A stretch of DNA of 64,000 nucleotides from an uncultured Nitrospiraceae bacterium (GCA_963705105.1 CAVPIW010000010.1:195671-259670), one strand, 5' to 3'; shown: positions 9,449 through 19,394, numbered from the stretch's first letter. The notes: a model not told the origin generated them from the letters alone. Numbers and translations: made by a program.

Positions 9449-10759
9449 TTACTGCTGGGCCTTGGGTTGATCCCCGCCGCCCTCTGAACTTCTCCTCCTG
9501 CCGCCGCCTCGTTTCACAGAGGGACCGGACCCGGGCTTCCGGGGCCTCTCCGGCCTTCGTCCCGCCGGCGCCTTTTCATCCCTCCGCCTGCGCCTGTCTG
9601 AAAACCTCTTGTAGTCCGTCATCACGATGCTGTCCGTGACGGGCGCGACGGGGATCTTGTACTTGATGTAGTTCTCTATGTCCGGCAGCGACTGGACGTA
9701 TTTCTCGCAGGCCAGGGCGATCGCTTTTCCTTCGGCCCCCGCCCGGGCGGTCCTCCCGATGCGGTGGACATAGTCCTCCGGGTCCTGGGGCAGATCAAAG
9801 TTGATGACATGGCTCACGTCGTCGATGTGGAGTCCCCGGGCGGCGACGTCCGTCGCCACGAGAACGGAGATTTCCCCCGATTTGAAGGATGCGAGGATCC
9901 GCAGGCGGCTCTTCTGCGGCAGATCGCCGGTGATCGACTTCGCCTTGTATCCGTTTGCGTTGAGCAGACCCTCGATGCGGGCGGCTGCAGCCTTGGTGTT
10001 CACGAATATGAGCGTGCGCTCGCCCTGTTCCCTTTTGAGGATACCAAGGAGCAGGCCCGATTTCTCGTCAAGGCCGACATGGTAGAGCTCCTGGGCGACG
10101 GTGTCGACGGTCATCTGTCCCGGTGTCACGCTGATCCTCTCGGGCAGGTTCATGTGCTCGTAGCACAACTCCATGACACGGTATGAGAGGGTGGCTGAAA
10201 AGAGCATGCTTTGACGCTTGTCATAGGGGGACATCCTGCGGAGGAGGAAGCGAAGGTCCGCGATGAAACCCATGTCGAACATCCTGTCCGCCTCGTCGAT
10301 CACGAGGAATTCCGTTCTCCTCAGGCTGTACACCTTCTGTTTCAGGTAGTCGATGAGGCGACCCGGAGTGCCGACGATGATTTCAGGTCTGTGGCCGATT
10401 TCACGCCGCTGGAACTGATAATCCATGCCGCCGTAAACGGGGAGCGTCTTGATGTCCGTAAAGCGGCCGAGCCTCTCAGCCTCTGCGCAGATCTGGACGA
10501 CCAGCTCCCTCGTCGGCGCAAGCACGAGGGCACGGGGCGAGGGATTCTCGCCGGGACTCGGGACGGCGATCATGCGGGAAAATAGCGTAATCAGGAATAC
10601 GGCCGTTTTTCCCGTGCCTGTCTGGGCCTGGACGGCGATGTCCTTACCGGACAGGGCAAGGGGCAGAGCGGCCTCCTGGACAGCGGTGCACTCGCTGAAG
10701 CCCGTCTCCCTGATGCCGTCGAGGACAGCCGGGGCGATTGGAAGATCCTCAAAACGCAT
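9449..10759 (-). CDS. rhlB: DEAD-box RNA helicase, RhlB-like
   Basis: AQTGTGKT, PTREL, DEADRMFDMGF, LFSATLSYRV, HRIGRTAR. Confidence 0.85.
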   Translation of the reverse strand: MRFEDLPIAPAVLDGIRETGFSECTAVQEAALPLALSGKDIAVQAQTGTGKTAVFLITLFSRMIAVPSPGENPSPRALVLAPTRELVVQICAEAERLGRFTDIKTLPVYGGMDYQFQRREIGHRPEIIVGTPGRLIDYLKQKVYSLRRTEFLVIDEADRMFDMGFIADLRFLLRRMSPYDKRQSMLFSATLSYRVMELCYEHMNLPERISVTPGQMTVDTVAQELYHVGLDEKSGLLLGILKREQGERTLIFVNTKAAAARIEGLLNANGYKAKSITGDLPQKSRLRILASFKSGEISVLVATDVAARGLHIDDVSHVINFDLPQDPEDYVHRIGRTARAGAEGKAIALACEKYVQSLPDIENYIKYKIPVAPVTDSIVMTDYKRFSDRRRRRDEKAPAGRRPERPRKPGSGPSVKRGGGRRRSSEGGGDQPKAQQ

Positions 10760-11232
10760 AACTCTTATTATAGCCTATATCATGACGGGAAAACCCCGGA
10801 TTGCCATTGTCCCCGCGTGTCACCCCGGAAAATTGTCCCGGCAGTTGTATGAAAAGGCACGGCAAAGCGCCTCAAAGACTCGCTGGCAGCGACATTGATC
10901 ATTTCAGGTCGTGTATCAGGATTCCCTCCTTGATAAGGTCCTTTCTTCGCATAATAAACCCTTATCACCACAATGAGATCTCAGGAAAGACGGGGCGAAT
11001 GCGCCGAAAAGCATCGGTGCTGCGAAACCTCTGCCTTCCCGTGCAGACCATTGCAGACCAACGATCGAACAAAATTAACCTTTTACTGACACTCACACTG
11101 ACACTGACACTGTTTTTCGGAGCGTTTTGCCCCGTCTTTTCGCGCAAGGCAACCGTGAATTTTTCTTCAGAAACCACACCCTATCCTTGTTTCCAAGGTT
11201 TTGCTGCAAGATATTCTGGACAGGAGTGTCCT

Positions 11233-11270
11233 GTAACACACTTTTCATATTGCCGTAATCAGGCGGTAAA
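11233..11270 (+). promoter_or_regulatory. PHO-box-like array upstream of the TraR/DksA gene
   Basis: GTAAC 11233, TTCAT 11244, GTAAT 11255, GTAAA 11266. Confidence 0.65.
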
Positions 11271-11349
11271 GAATCGCGGCGTATTATAGACGACAGCCCC
11301 GGATTTTCCCGGGCAGACAGGAGTTTGAACATCGTACAAGGAGGCAACT

Positions 11350-11727
11350 ATGGACGGTGAAAACGAAGATCGAATGAGAGATGTGCTCAAGAAGAAACGG
11401 GAGGAGATGCTGAGAAACACCCTCCGTGAGTTCAGACTTGCCATTTCAGGGGAAGAAAAGGGGAGCGTCGGCGCCGGCATGGAAGAGGGAGACATGTCTC
11501 TGCTTTACCAGACTCAGAACATGCGGTCCCGCCATCTCGACGCGCAGAGAGAGACGGTGAAAAAGATCGACGCAGCCCTCAGGAGAATCAAAGAGGGCAC
11601 ATACGGCATCTGCGCGGAGTGCGGCGACGAAATCGGTGATCAGCGGCTGCACGTCATTCCCTTTGCCACCCTCTGCAGGGAGTGCCAGGAAGACATCGAG
11701 AGACGGAGGAGATGCAACAGGTCGTGA
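11350..11727 (+). CDS. TraR/DksA C4-type zinc-finger protein
   Basis: ALRRIKEGTYGICAECG...RL..IPFATLCRECQ. Confidence 0.9.
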   Translation: MDGENEDRMRDVLKKKREEMLRNTLREFRLAISGEEKGSVGAGMEEGDMSLLYQTQNMRSRHLDAQRETVKKIDAALRRIKEGTYGICAECGDEIGDQRLHVIPFATLCRECQEDIERRRRCNRS

Positions 11728-11729
11728 CG

Positions 11730-12047
11730 TCATTCTGATGTCGTTTTGAGGCCGATGACACCGGTGACGATCAGGATGATACAGATGATCTGAGACAGCT
11801 TGTACGGCTCCTTCAGAAAAATCATGCCGAAGAGATTGCATCCGGAGATGGCGATTCCGACCCAGACGGCGTAGGCAATGCCCGTCGGCAGCGATTTGAG
11901 CGCCTGGGATAGGAAGAAGGCCGCTCCCAGGCCGCAGATCGCGTAAAAAACAAGGGGGAAGAGACGGGTGAATCCCTCCGTCATTTTCAGACTGTAGATC
12001 CACCCGATCTCGAAAACACCTGCTATGATGATGTAGATCCAGGGCAT
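11730..12047 (-). CDS. SMR family transporter (SugE/Gdx-like)
   Basis: MPWIYIIIAGVFEIGW...LPTGIAYAVWVGI; overlaps the 3' end of the NeuB-like gene. Confidence 0.88.
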   Translation of the reverse strand: MPWIYIIIAGVFEIGWIYSLKMTEGFTRLFPLVFYAICGLGAAFFLSQALKSLPTGIAYAVWVGIAISGCNLFGMIFLKEPYKLSQIICIILIVTGVIGLKTTSE

Positions 12048-12967
12048 ACCCAGTGTCCGGCATCGGAGTCGGAAACCTCGGAGCAACGGACGCGGCGCAG
12101 CTTCGCGAGCGCTCCTTTTTCGCTGTCGTACACCCTCTTCACTCCGTCTCCGAGAGAGCGCTCGATGTCCCTTATGTTCTTGACAAGCCGCTGCATGCCG
12201 ATGATTTCGACCGACGCAGCCTGGTCGGTCCCCCACATGGCCCTGTCGAGCGTCACATGGCGTTCTATGAAGGACGCCCCGAGGACAATGGACGCCCAGG
12301 TGGGTGACAGTCCCGTCTCGTGGCCGGAGTACCCGATGGGCACACCGGGGAACATGCCCTTCAGAGTCGGTATCATCCTGAGGTTCAGCTCCTCGACCCT
12401 GCAGGGATAGGATGATGTTGAATGGGCCAGCAGGAGTTTCTCGGTGCCGACGACCTGCACCGCCTTCCGTATCTCGATTATCGTCGACATCCCCGTGGAC
12501 AGGAACACGGGTTTTCCTGTCGATGCCATCTTTCTCAGGAGATCCAGGTCGGTCAGGCTTGCCGACGGCGCCTTGTGAAGGGGCGGGTCAAACTGTTCGA
12601 TGAAGTCGACGGACTCTTCATCCCATGACGAGACGAACCAGGTGATCCCCTTGCTCTGACAATGCTTCGCTATTTCAACATAGTCGTCGAAGTCGAACTC
12701 CACACGCCGCCGGTATGCGATATAGGTCATTCTTCCCCATGGAGTATCCCGCTCGATGTCCCACTGGTCCCGGGGGACGCAGAGCTCGGGGGTCCTCTTC
12801 TGGAACTTTACGGCGTCACATCCGGCGAATACGGCGCCGTCGATCATCTTTTTCGCCGTGTCAAGGCAGCCGTTGTGATTGATGCCGATTTCCGCGATGA
12901 CGTACACGGGCTCATCATCTCCGATGAACCGGCCATTGACGCTTACTTTCCTTTGATGTGACAACAT
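12023..12967 (-). CDS. NeuB-family ulosonate synthase (short form, no obvious C-terminal AFL domain)
   Basis: IAEIGINHNG, AVKFQKR, LSTGMS, GYSGHE, ERHVTLDRAMWGTDQ. Confidence 0.92.
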   Translation of the reverse strand: MLSHQRKVSVNGRFIGDDEPVYVIAEIGINHNGCLDTAKKMIDGAVFAGCDAVKFQKRTPELCVPRDQWDIERDTPWGRMTYIAYRRRVEFDFDDYVEIAKHCQSKGITWFVSSWDEESVDFIEQFDPPLHKAPSASLTDLDLLRKMASTGKPVFLSTGMSTIIEIRKAVQVVGTEKLLLAHSTSSYPCRVEELNLRMIPTLKGMFPGVPIGYSGHETGLSPTWASIVLGASFIERHVTLDRAMWGTDQAASVEIIGMQRLVKNIRDIERSLGDGVKRVYDSEKGALAKLRRVRCSEVSDSDAGHWVCPGSTSS

Positions 12968-13022
12968 GTTACCTCCTTTGTGCTGTGCCTGTGTGCTTGA
13001 TATGAAGTGACGAAATCAGGCT

Positions 13023-13595
13023 TCATCCCCGGTTCACGCCTTTGTGGATATCCACATCCCCTATCCTCTCCTGTGCGAGGCCGGCCCTGGCGGCGATAAT
13101 AAATTCCGCGAATTCCCTGAAGGCCCCGTGACCGCCGGGCAGGGAGCAGACGAAATGAACCGCAAAAAGGGTTTCCCTGAAGGCGTCACGGGGACAGGCG
13201 GACAGTCCGACGCGTTTGATGACGGACAGATCGTTCGTGTCGTCGCCGATGAACGCCACCTCGTGCGCCTCAAGACTCCGCTTTCTGAGGATCCGCTCCA
13301 GCACTTCCAGCTTGTCCCTGACGCCCAGATGCAATTCACTGATTCCCAGTTTCTCCGCCCTCTTCCTGACAGAGCCCGACAATTCGCCGGTGATGATCCC
13401 CGTCTCAACGCCGGCGATATCGCGCAGCCTTTCCACACCCATGCCGTCGCGGATCGAAAACCGTTTCAGCATTTCTCCTCCGTCCCCATAGTAGACACCC
13501 GTATCGGTCAGGACGCCGTCGACGTCGGTCAGGAGCAGTCGGATCCACCGTGCCCTGTCAGCCACTGCCTTTCTGCGATGAAACTCACGGTTCAC
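13023..13595 (-). CDS. KdsC-like HAD phosphatase (ulosonate-phosphate phosphatase)
   Basis: DVDGVLTD, RDGMG, IGDDTND, GGHGAFRE; GTG overlaps the SDR stop. Confidence 0.9.
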   Translation of the reverse strand: MNREFHRRKAVADRARWIRLLLTDVDGVLTDTGVYYGDGGEMLKRFSIRDGMGVERLRDIAGVETGIITGELSGSVRKRAEKLGISELHLGVRDKLEVLERILRKRSLEAHEVAFIGDDTNDLSVIKRVGLSACPRDAFRETLFAVHFVCSLPGGHGAFREFAEFIIAARAGLAQERIGDVDIHKGVNRG

Positions 13596-14395
13596 AGGGC
13601 CGTCCACCCCCCATCGACGATGAGGTTCGCCCCTGTCATATAGCATGATGCTTCGCTTGCAAGGAAGACGACGGCCCCCCGGTAGTCGCAGGGGCTCGCC
13701 ATGCGCCGGAGAGGCGTCTTGGCGCAGTAATTCCTGACGAAGTACGCGTCCTGGCCGTTCTCCACACCGCCCGGCGAGAGCGTATTGACGCGGACGCCGC
13801 ATTCGCCCCAGTAGGAGGCGAGGAATTTCGTGAAGGCGATGACTGCGCCTTTGCTCGTCGGATAGGCCGGTGACTTGTGAAAAGGCTGTTCTCCCGAAGG
13901 TTTGCGGTAAATGGACTGGTCGGGAGCGACGACGCCGTACGTGGACGCGATATTGATGATGCTCCCCTTTCCTCTTTCAGCCATATGAGAGCCAATCGCC
14001 TGGGAACAGAGGAACAGCCCCGTAACGTTGACATCCATGACGGCCTTCCACATGGCGAGGGGATAATTCTCGAAACGGGACAGTTCGGCGGCGAGATGGG
14101 GGTCTTCGAATTTTTCATTGATCGCCGCATTGTTGATGAGGATGTCGACACCGCCGAAACGCCCGATCGCCTCTTGGAGGAGATGCCGCACCGCCGTTGC
14201 GTCCGTCACGTCGACGGCGACCCCCAGCCCTTCCGGCTCGAATTCTGCGGCGAACTCCCGGCACTTTTTCCCGTCGGTGTCGCAGGCCACCACATGGGCG
14301 CCCGCTTCCGAGAGGGCCAGGCAATGCTCTCTGCCCAGCAGGCCCAGCGCCCCGGTGACGACGGCGACCTTACCGTCCAGTGAGAACTGCTTCAT
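13592..14395 (-). CDS. SDR oxidoreductase
   Basis: TGALGLLG, NNA, YPTSK, NLIVDGG. Confidence 0.92.
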   Translation of the reverse strand: MKQFSLDGKVAVVTGALGLLGREHCLALSEAGAHVVACDTDGKKCREFAAEFEPEGLGVAVDVTDATAVRHLLQEAIGRFGGVDILINNAAINEKFEDPHLAAELSRFENYPLAMWKAVMDVNVTGLFLCSQAIGSHMAERGKGSIINIASTYGVVAPDQSIYRKPSGEQPFHKSPAYPTSKGAVIAFTKFLASYWGECGVRVNTLSPGGVENGQDAYFVRNYCAKTPLRRMASPCDYRGAVVFLASEASCYMTGANLIVDGGWTAL

Positions 14396-15734
14396 GGTCC
14401 TCTTTTTTCCTCGGCTTGATGTTGAAATTCCCGGTCCGCCGGAAGACGGGCTCCACAGGCTCTCCCCGGAGGCATTCTCTGACGTTGTTCTCCTCCAGGG
14501 CGGTCCCGAGCATGGGAAGCACTTTACTGTAAATTTCGAGGAGATACTCTATGTCCTCGTTGCCGTGGGAGAAGCTGACGGCGTGAAACCCCGACCAGAG
14601 GACGCCGTGCCTGAAGAGTTCCTGCTGGACATATGACTTCATAACAAGGGGGTCCCCGGCAGCGCCGTCGAAGGTGACGAGGGTGCGCGCATCGGGTCCG
14701 ATACAGCGTGTGTATTCCATGTCGAGGTTCCGGGCAATCCTGTTGTAGCCGTCTTTGAGCTTCCTGCCCTGTCGCGCAAGGTGGCCTGGCACGTCTTTTT
14801 CCCTCATCTCCTGTATGGTCGCCCGGGCTGCCGCAAGGGACAATGCCTCACCTCCGAAGGTGGTGTAGAAGAAGACGTCCCTTTCGAGGAGCGCCATGAT
14901 CTCCCTCTTTCCCGCAAGCACCGAGAGGGGCATCCCGTTTGCGATCGCTTTCGAGTAGCAGACGAGATCGGCCCTGACGCCGTAATATTCCTGCGCGCCG
15001 CCGAGGGCGATGCGAAATCCCGTCCACATCTCGTCGAAGATGAGGACGATGCCCGTCCTGTCGCAGATCTCCCGCAGCACGCCGAGGAAGTCGTCCTTCG
15101 GCTCTTCGAACGCGACGGGTTCGAGGATGATACAGGCCGTATCGTCGTCGATCGAATCGATGACGGACGCGGGATCATTGTAGGCGAAGGTGAAGGTGAG
15201 GTCCTTCATGGCTTTCGGCACTCCCCTGTTCCTGTCCGTCACGGCGATGTACCAGTCATGCCACCCGTGATAGCCGCAGCAGAGCACCTTTTCCTTCCCC
15301 GTATATGCCCTCGCAAGGCGGACGGCGGCCGAAGTGACATCGGCGCCCGTCTTGCTGAAACGGACGGCCTCGGCTGAGGGGACGACGGAGCGGATCAGCT
15401 CCGCCACCTCCACTTCGAGGGGGTGCATCATGGAAAAGGTGATGCCGTGAGCAAGCTGCTGTCTGATCGCTTCGTCCACGGCCGGGTAGCAGTATCCGAG
15501 GGAGAGGGGCCCCACGGCCATGGTGAAGTCGAGGTATTCGTTTCCGTCGGCGTCCCATACCCGGGCTCCCTGGCCCCTGGTCAGATACTTCGGCGCCACT
15601 CTCCTGATATACTGAGTCGGCCCTTTCGCCAGTGTCTGCGTCACGCCGGGGATGATTTGAAGCGCCCTCTCGTAGAGCTCCTCCGACCTGTCTACGGCTG
15701 GATAGTCTTCATTGAATCCGATGCTGTTCGGCAT
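14370..15734 (-). CDS. Class III PLP aminotransferase (GSA-aminomutase-like)
   Basis: DADGNEYLD, GYHGWHD, FDEMWTGFR, SKAIANG. Confidence 0.9.
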   Translation of the reverse strand: MPNSIGFNEDYPAVDRSEELYERALQIIPGVTQTLAKGPTQYIRRVAPKYLTRGQGARVWDADGNEYLDFTMAVGPLSLGYCYPAVDEAIRQQLAHGITFSMMHPLEVEVAELIRSVVPSAEAVRFSKTGADVTSAAVRLARAYTGKEKVLCCGYHGWHDWYIAVTDRNRGVPKAMKDLTFTFAYNDPASVIDSIDDDTACIILEPVAFEEPKDDFLGVLREICDRTGIVLIFDEMWTGFRIALGGAQEYYGVRADLVCYSKAIANGMPLSVLAGKREIMALLERDVFFYTTFGGEALSLAAARATIQEMREKDVPGHLARQGRKLKDGYNRIARNLDMEYTRCIGPDARTLVTFDGAAGDPLVMKSYVQQELFRHGVLWSGFHAVSFSHGNEDIEYLLEIYSKVLPMLGTALEENNVRECLRGEPVEPVFRRTGNFNIKPRKKEDHEAVLTGR

Positions 15735-16644
15735 GGGACCTCCCTCCCTTTTTGTATTCGAAAATGCGACCTGCAAGTTTCTGCCCCGTCATGCCGGCAT
15801 GATCGAGGACCTCCTCCAGGAGGGCGGGCCTGAACCAACTGTTTTCGAGGGATACGGGCAGGACATCGCACATCAGGCCGTTGCTGATGAGGACCTCACA
15901 GACTATGCCGTACAGACCGCCCGTCTTGAAATGATCCTCAACGGTGACGATGAGGTCTGTCTCCTCGGCGGCGGAAAGGATGACCTCTTCGTCGACGGGC
16001 TTGACGGTCCTGAGATTGATGAGACGGACCGACGAGCTTGTCCGCTGAAGGATCTCCGCTGCTGCAAAGGCCTCGCTGAGGAGCATCCCGTACGTGATGA
16101 TCGTTATGTCCTCTCCGGCAGAGATGACCTCGGCCTTGCCGATCCCGAATGCAGGATCATGGGTGACGGCCGGCTTCCTGTGATTCAGTCTGATATAGCA
16201 GGGGTGGGGGCTCAGCAGGAGGGTCCGGAGCCCGATGACGAGGTCTTCCTCATCGGCGGGACAGAAGATCTGCATATTCGGGATCATGCGCATGAGCGCC
16301 ACGTCCTCGAGGGCCTGGTGGGTCGGCCCGTTCGCCTCGGAGAGAAACCCGGGAACGCCTCCGCAAAGCTTGACCGGCAGGTCCGGCAGGCCCACGTCGG
16401 TCCGAATGAACTCAAAGGCCCTCATGGTGAGGAAAGCGCTCAGCCCGTGCACGACGGGGATGCGCCCCCTGAGGGCGAGTCCCGCCGCCGTCCCGATGAG
16501 AGCCTGCTCCGTGATCCCCGTATCGATGAAGCGGTTACCCAGGTCCGGTATGATGTCCCGTATGGAGATCCTGTTTTCGGCGGTGAGGACGACAAAGCGG
16601 TCATCGGACAACACGATGTCCCGCAGGGTTTCCTGATAGCTCAT
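15709..16644 (-). CDS. Transketolase C-terminal subunit
   Basis: DTGITEQ, NGPTHQ, TVKPVD, VEDH..GG. Confidence 0.9.
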   Translation of the reverse strand: MSYQETLRDIVLSDDRFVVLTAENRISIRDIIPDLGNRFIDTGITEQALIGTAAGLALRGRIPVVHGLSAFLTMRAFEFIRTDVGLPDLPVKLCGGVPGFLSEANGPTHQALEDVALMRMIPNMQIFCPADEEDLVIGLRTLLLSPHPCYIRLNHRKPAVTHDPAFGIGKAEVISAGEDITIITYGMLLSEAFAAAEILQRTSSSVRLINLRTVKPVDEEVILSAAEETDLIVTVEDHFKTGGLYGIVCEVLISNGLMCDVLPVSLENSWFRPALLEEVLDHAGMTGQKLAGRIFEYKKGGRSHAEQHRIQ

Positions 16645-16645
16645 A

Positions 16646-17503
16646 TCACCTCACCCCCGCCGTCTCGGGCGTGCAGCGGCCGCCGGATGCCGCTCTCAAG
16701 TCGCCGATGAGACCTTCCGCTTCTTCTTCGGTGAAGTTGCAGAACCAGCGGTCTATCCGGTACTCGAGGCTCGGCACCCCCTTGCCCCTGATCGTTTCGG
16801 CGATGACGACGCTCGGCGACCCCAATTCGAAGGGAGCGAGCTGAAAAGCCCTCTCGATGTCCCTGAAGTCATGGCCGTCCACAATCATCGTCGCGAGGCC
16901 GAAGGACCGGAACTTTTCATCGAGCGGTTCGAGCGGAAGAAGCGACTCCGTCTTCCTGTTCGCCTGGACACGGTTTCTGTCAACGACGATGATCAGGTTC
17001 TCCAGGCCCAGCGCGCGCGCCACGAGAAAACCCTCCCAGTTGGACCCTTCATTGAGCTCCCCGTCTCCCACGATGACGACGACCCTGTTCCTCCCTTCCC
17101 TCATTTTGCAGTCGAGGGCGACTCCTGTCGCGACGGGGACGAGATGCCCGAGGGAGCCGGCGTGGAACTCGACGCCCGGAATGCCCCTGTTGGGATGCCA
17201 ATATATGTCGTCTGCGGTGGTGAGGTGATTCTTCAGCCGCTCTTTTTCGAGTATGCCCGCCTCTGCAAGGGCCGCATAGAGGGCCGGGACGGCGTGACCT
17301 TTCGAGAGAAAGAGGTAATCCCGGGAGGGGTCATCGAGCAGATCGGGCCGCACGCGAAGGAAGGAGCCGTATAGATACACGAGCAGATCGGCGCAGGAGA
17401 GGGCCGATCCGGCAAAGGCGCCTCCGTTCCTCGACATGCCGATAATACTTTCCCTCACCCTGAGGGCGGTCTCCTTCAGCCTCATTAATTCCTGACGTTC
17501 CAT
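16646..17503 (-). CDS. Transketolase N-terminal (TPP-binding) subunit
   Basis: LSKGHA, GSLGH, GDGELNEG..WE, VDGHD. Confidence 0.9.
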   Translation of the reverse strand: MERQELMRLKETALRVRESIIGMSRNGGAFAGSALSCADLLVYLYGSFLRVRPDLLDDPSRDYLFLSKGHAVPALYAALAEAGILEKERLKNHLTTADDIYWHPNRGIPGVEFHAGSLGHLVPVATGVALDCKMREGRNRVVVIVGDGELNEGSNWEGFLVARALGLENLIIVVDRNRVQANRKTESLLPLEPLDEKFRSFGLATMIVDGHDFRDIERAFQLAPFELGSPSVVIAETIRGKGVPSLEYRIDRWFCNFTEEEAEGLIGDLRAASGGRCTPETAGVR

Positions 17504-17516
17504 CTTGTCTCCTTTC

Positions 17517-18350
17517 TCACCCTATCGTCTTGAGTTCTTCACGGTGATGCATGTACCAGCCTGTGCCGAGATATCCGGCGTTCCTGCTCCTGATGTGCGG
17601 GTGGTCGTCAAGAAAACGCAGGATATCGCCGATGCCGAACAGGGGATTCTCCCTTGAGAGATGCTCATAGACCGGGCTGATGACATCGTAGTCCTCCCGG
17701 TAGTCGAGGACCCAGCGGTACGTCATCGAATAGTTCAGTCCCAGCTCCCATGCGACGTTGCCGATGCGGAAACGGCCGGGGTTGTCCCAGATGAAAGGTG
17801 TCGTGTGCTCCCGTTCAAAGCCCCTCGATGCCTCGCGCCAGGCCGTCTCAAGGACTCCCATGTGCATTGCTTCCACATCGTTCCCGTCCGGGTAGGTCTG
17901 GGGATGAAGGTTGCTGACGTAGTCGTAGTGGCGGCGATGGCGGAGAAAATAGAGGATCACCCTGTCGACGACGCCGGGGTCGATGAGCGGGCAGTCCGAG
18001 GGAATCTTGACGACCACATCGGCGCCGAAGGACCGGGCCGCCTCATAGTGCCGGTCCAGAAGGTCCGTCGGATGGCCCCTGAAGCAGGGGATGCCCTCAT
18101 AATCGCAGATCCGCTCGATGATGACGTCTTCGGGCAGGACCGTCGTGGCGACGACGACCTCACCTGCCGACAGCGACTCCTTTACCCTTTCAACCATCCT
18201 CACGAAGGACGGCTTGCCTCCCAGGGGCTTCAATACCTTTCCCGGGAGTCTTGTCGACCCGGTCCTTGTCTGGATGACGGTGACGACCTTGAGAAGCGAC
18301 AGGTCGCCGCCTGCCGACGAAGTCTTCTTCCCTCCCTTTCGCCCATTCAT
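17517..18350 (-). CDS. SpsF/PseF-like cytidylyltransferase
   Basis: IQTRTGSTRLPGKVL, SDCPLIDP, REHTTP. Confidence 0.88.
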   Translation of the reverse strand: MNGRKGGKKTSSAGGDLSLLKVVTVIQTRTGSTRLPGKVLKPLGGKPSFVRMVERVKESLSAGEVVVATTVLPEDVIIERICDYEGIPCFRGHPTDLLDRHYEAARSFGADVVVKIPSDCPLIDPGVVDRVILYFLRHRRHYDYVSNLHPQTYPDGNDVEAMHMGVLETAWREASRGFEREHTTPFIWDNPGRFRIGNVAWELGLNYSMTYRWVLDYREDYDVISPVYEHLSRENPLFGIGDILRFLDDHPHIRSRNAGYLGTGWYMHHREELKTIG

Positions 18351-19297
18351 TCGAGCATCTCCCTGCAGACGCCGGCGATGTTGCCCGCCGATGTCCCCCT
18401 GTTTTGAATGGGCGACAGTTCCCGGAGCGTATCGACGTCGAAATAGGAATGCACCTCTTTTCCGAGGGAGATGCCTGTAAAAGCGAGGGAGGAGTACTGC
18501 GTGACAAGGACGTCGCAGTTCGCCACCATGTGGTGCGCATTGCCGTCGGCATAGACGAGGGCGCCTGGTGCATGTCTCCTGATCTCCCGCGCGGACCGGG
18601 AGACATTTTCATTGGGGTGGAGCTTGAAAATGAGCTTTCTCCCTTCGGCTATTTCGGCGGCCCGGCGGATGAATTTCTTTCTCCTGTCGATCTTGAAGGT
18701 CTCCCGCGCATCCGACGTCGCTGCAAGGACGTGCCCTTTGTGGGGGAAATCATTGTCCATGTATTGCTCGGCATGGTCGAAGTTCGGGATGCCCGTGACG
18801 ACTATGCGGTCGGCTTTCACCCCTTTCCGGATGAAGAGGTCCCGGTATCCCTCGGATGCGACACAGAAGCGTTCGTATGCATGGGAAAGACCCGCCGTCG
18901 ACGTGCTTGCCAGGTATCGCGGCAGTTTCAGGTGTTTGACGGCATGGTAGGCCAGGTTTTCCGGGTCCGTCATTCCTTCCTGGACGAGGATCACTTTTTT
19001 GTTCCTGATATTTTTCTGGACGATCAAATCCGAGCAGGTCAGCACGAGATGATAGTCGTCCCTGATGCCCCCTTCATCGATCAGGCAGCGGTGTTCCCTC
19101 AGGTACTCCACGGTCAGCCTCCGCATGTTCCCGCCGAGGACGGTGAAATCGAGATAGCCTGCTTTCGAGAATTTACCGATCAAGCCGTCTCCGTAGAAGG
19201 GTGAAAACCGGCATTCGTATTCTTCCAGATGCTCCGCTATCTTGTGCATCTGCGTCGTCTGATTGAGGGAGCCGCAGATGAAGAGGATTTTTTTCAT
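18347..19297 (-). CDS. Putative GT-B glycosyltransferase (sialyl-/CDP-glycerol-transferase-like)
   Basis: Start ATG 19297; VTGIPNFD, FKLHPNE, DVLVTQYSS resemble the HP and SS motifs of CMP-sugar transferases. Confidence 0.65.
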   Translation of the reverse strand: MKKILFICGSLNQTTQMHKIAEHLEEYECRFSPFYGDGLIGKFSKAGYLDFTVLGGNMRRLTVEYLREHRCLIDEGGIRDDYHLVLTCSDLIVQKNIRNKKVILVQEGMTDPENLAYHAVKHLKLPRYLASTSTAGLSHAYERFCVASEGYRDLFIRKGVKADRIVVTGIPNFDHAEQYMDNDFPHKGHVLAATSDARETFKIDRRKKFIRRAAEIAEGRKLIFKLHPNENVSRSAREIRRHAPGALVYADGNAHHMVANCDVLVTQYSSLAFTGISLGKEVHSYFDVDTLRELSPIQNRGTSAGNIAGVCREMLE

Positions 19298-19328
19298 CGG
19301 CACGATGATTGATGATACCGGACGGGGT

Positions 19329-19388
19329 GTTACAGGAATATTAAGGCACGATGAAAGGTAGGTGAAAGTATTGTTACAGGAATGTGAA
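19329..19388 (-). promoter_or_regulatory. PHO-box-like array (6 units) upstream of the ulosonate operon
   Basis: On +: GTTAC 19329, ATTAA 19340, ATGAA 19351, GTGAA 19362, GTTAC 19373, GTGAA 19384. Confidence 0.72.
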
Positions 19389-19394
19389 CCCGTA

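Noticed and set aside
14370..17503. Housekeeping hemL and pentose-phosphate transketolase
   Set aside because: Embedded and tightly linked in a sugar-acid operon; family-level calls only
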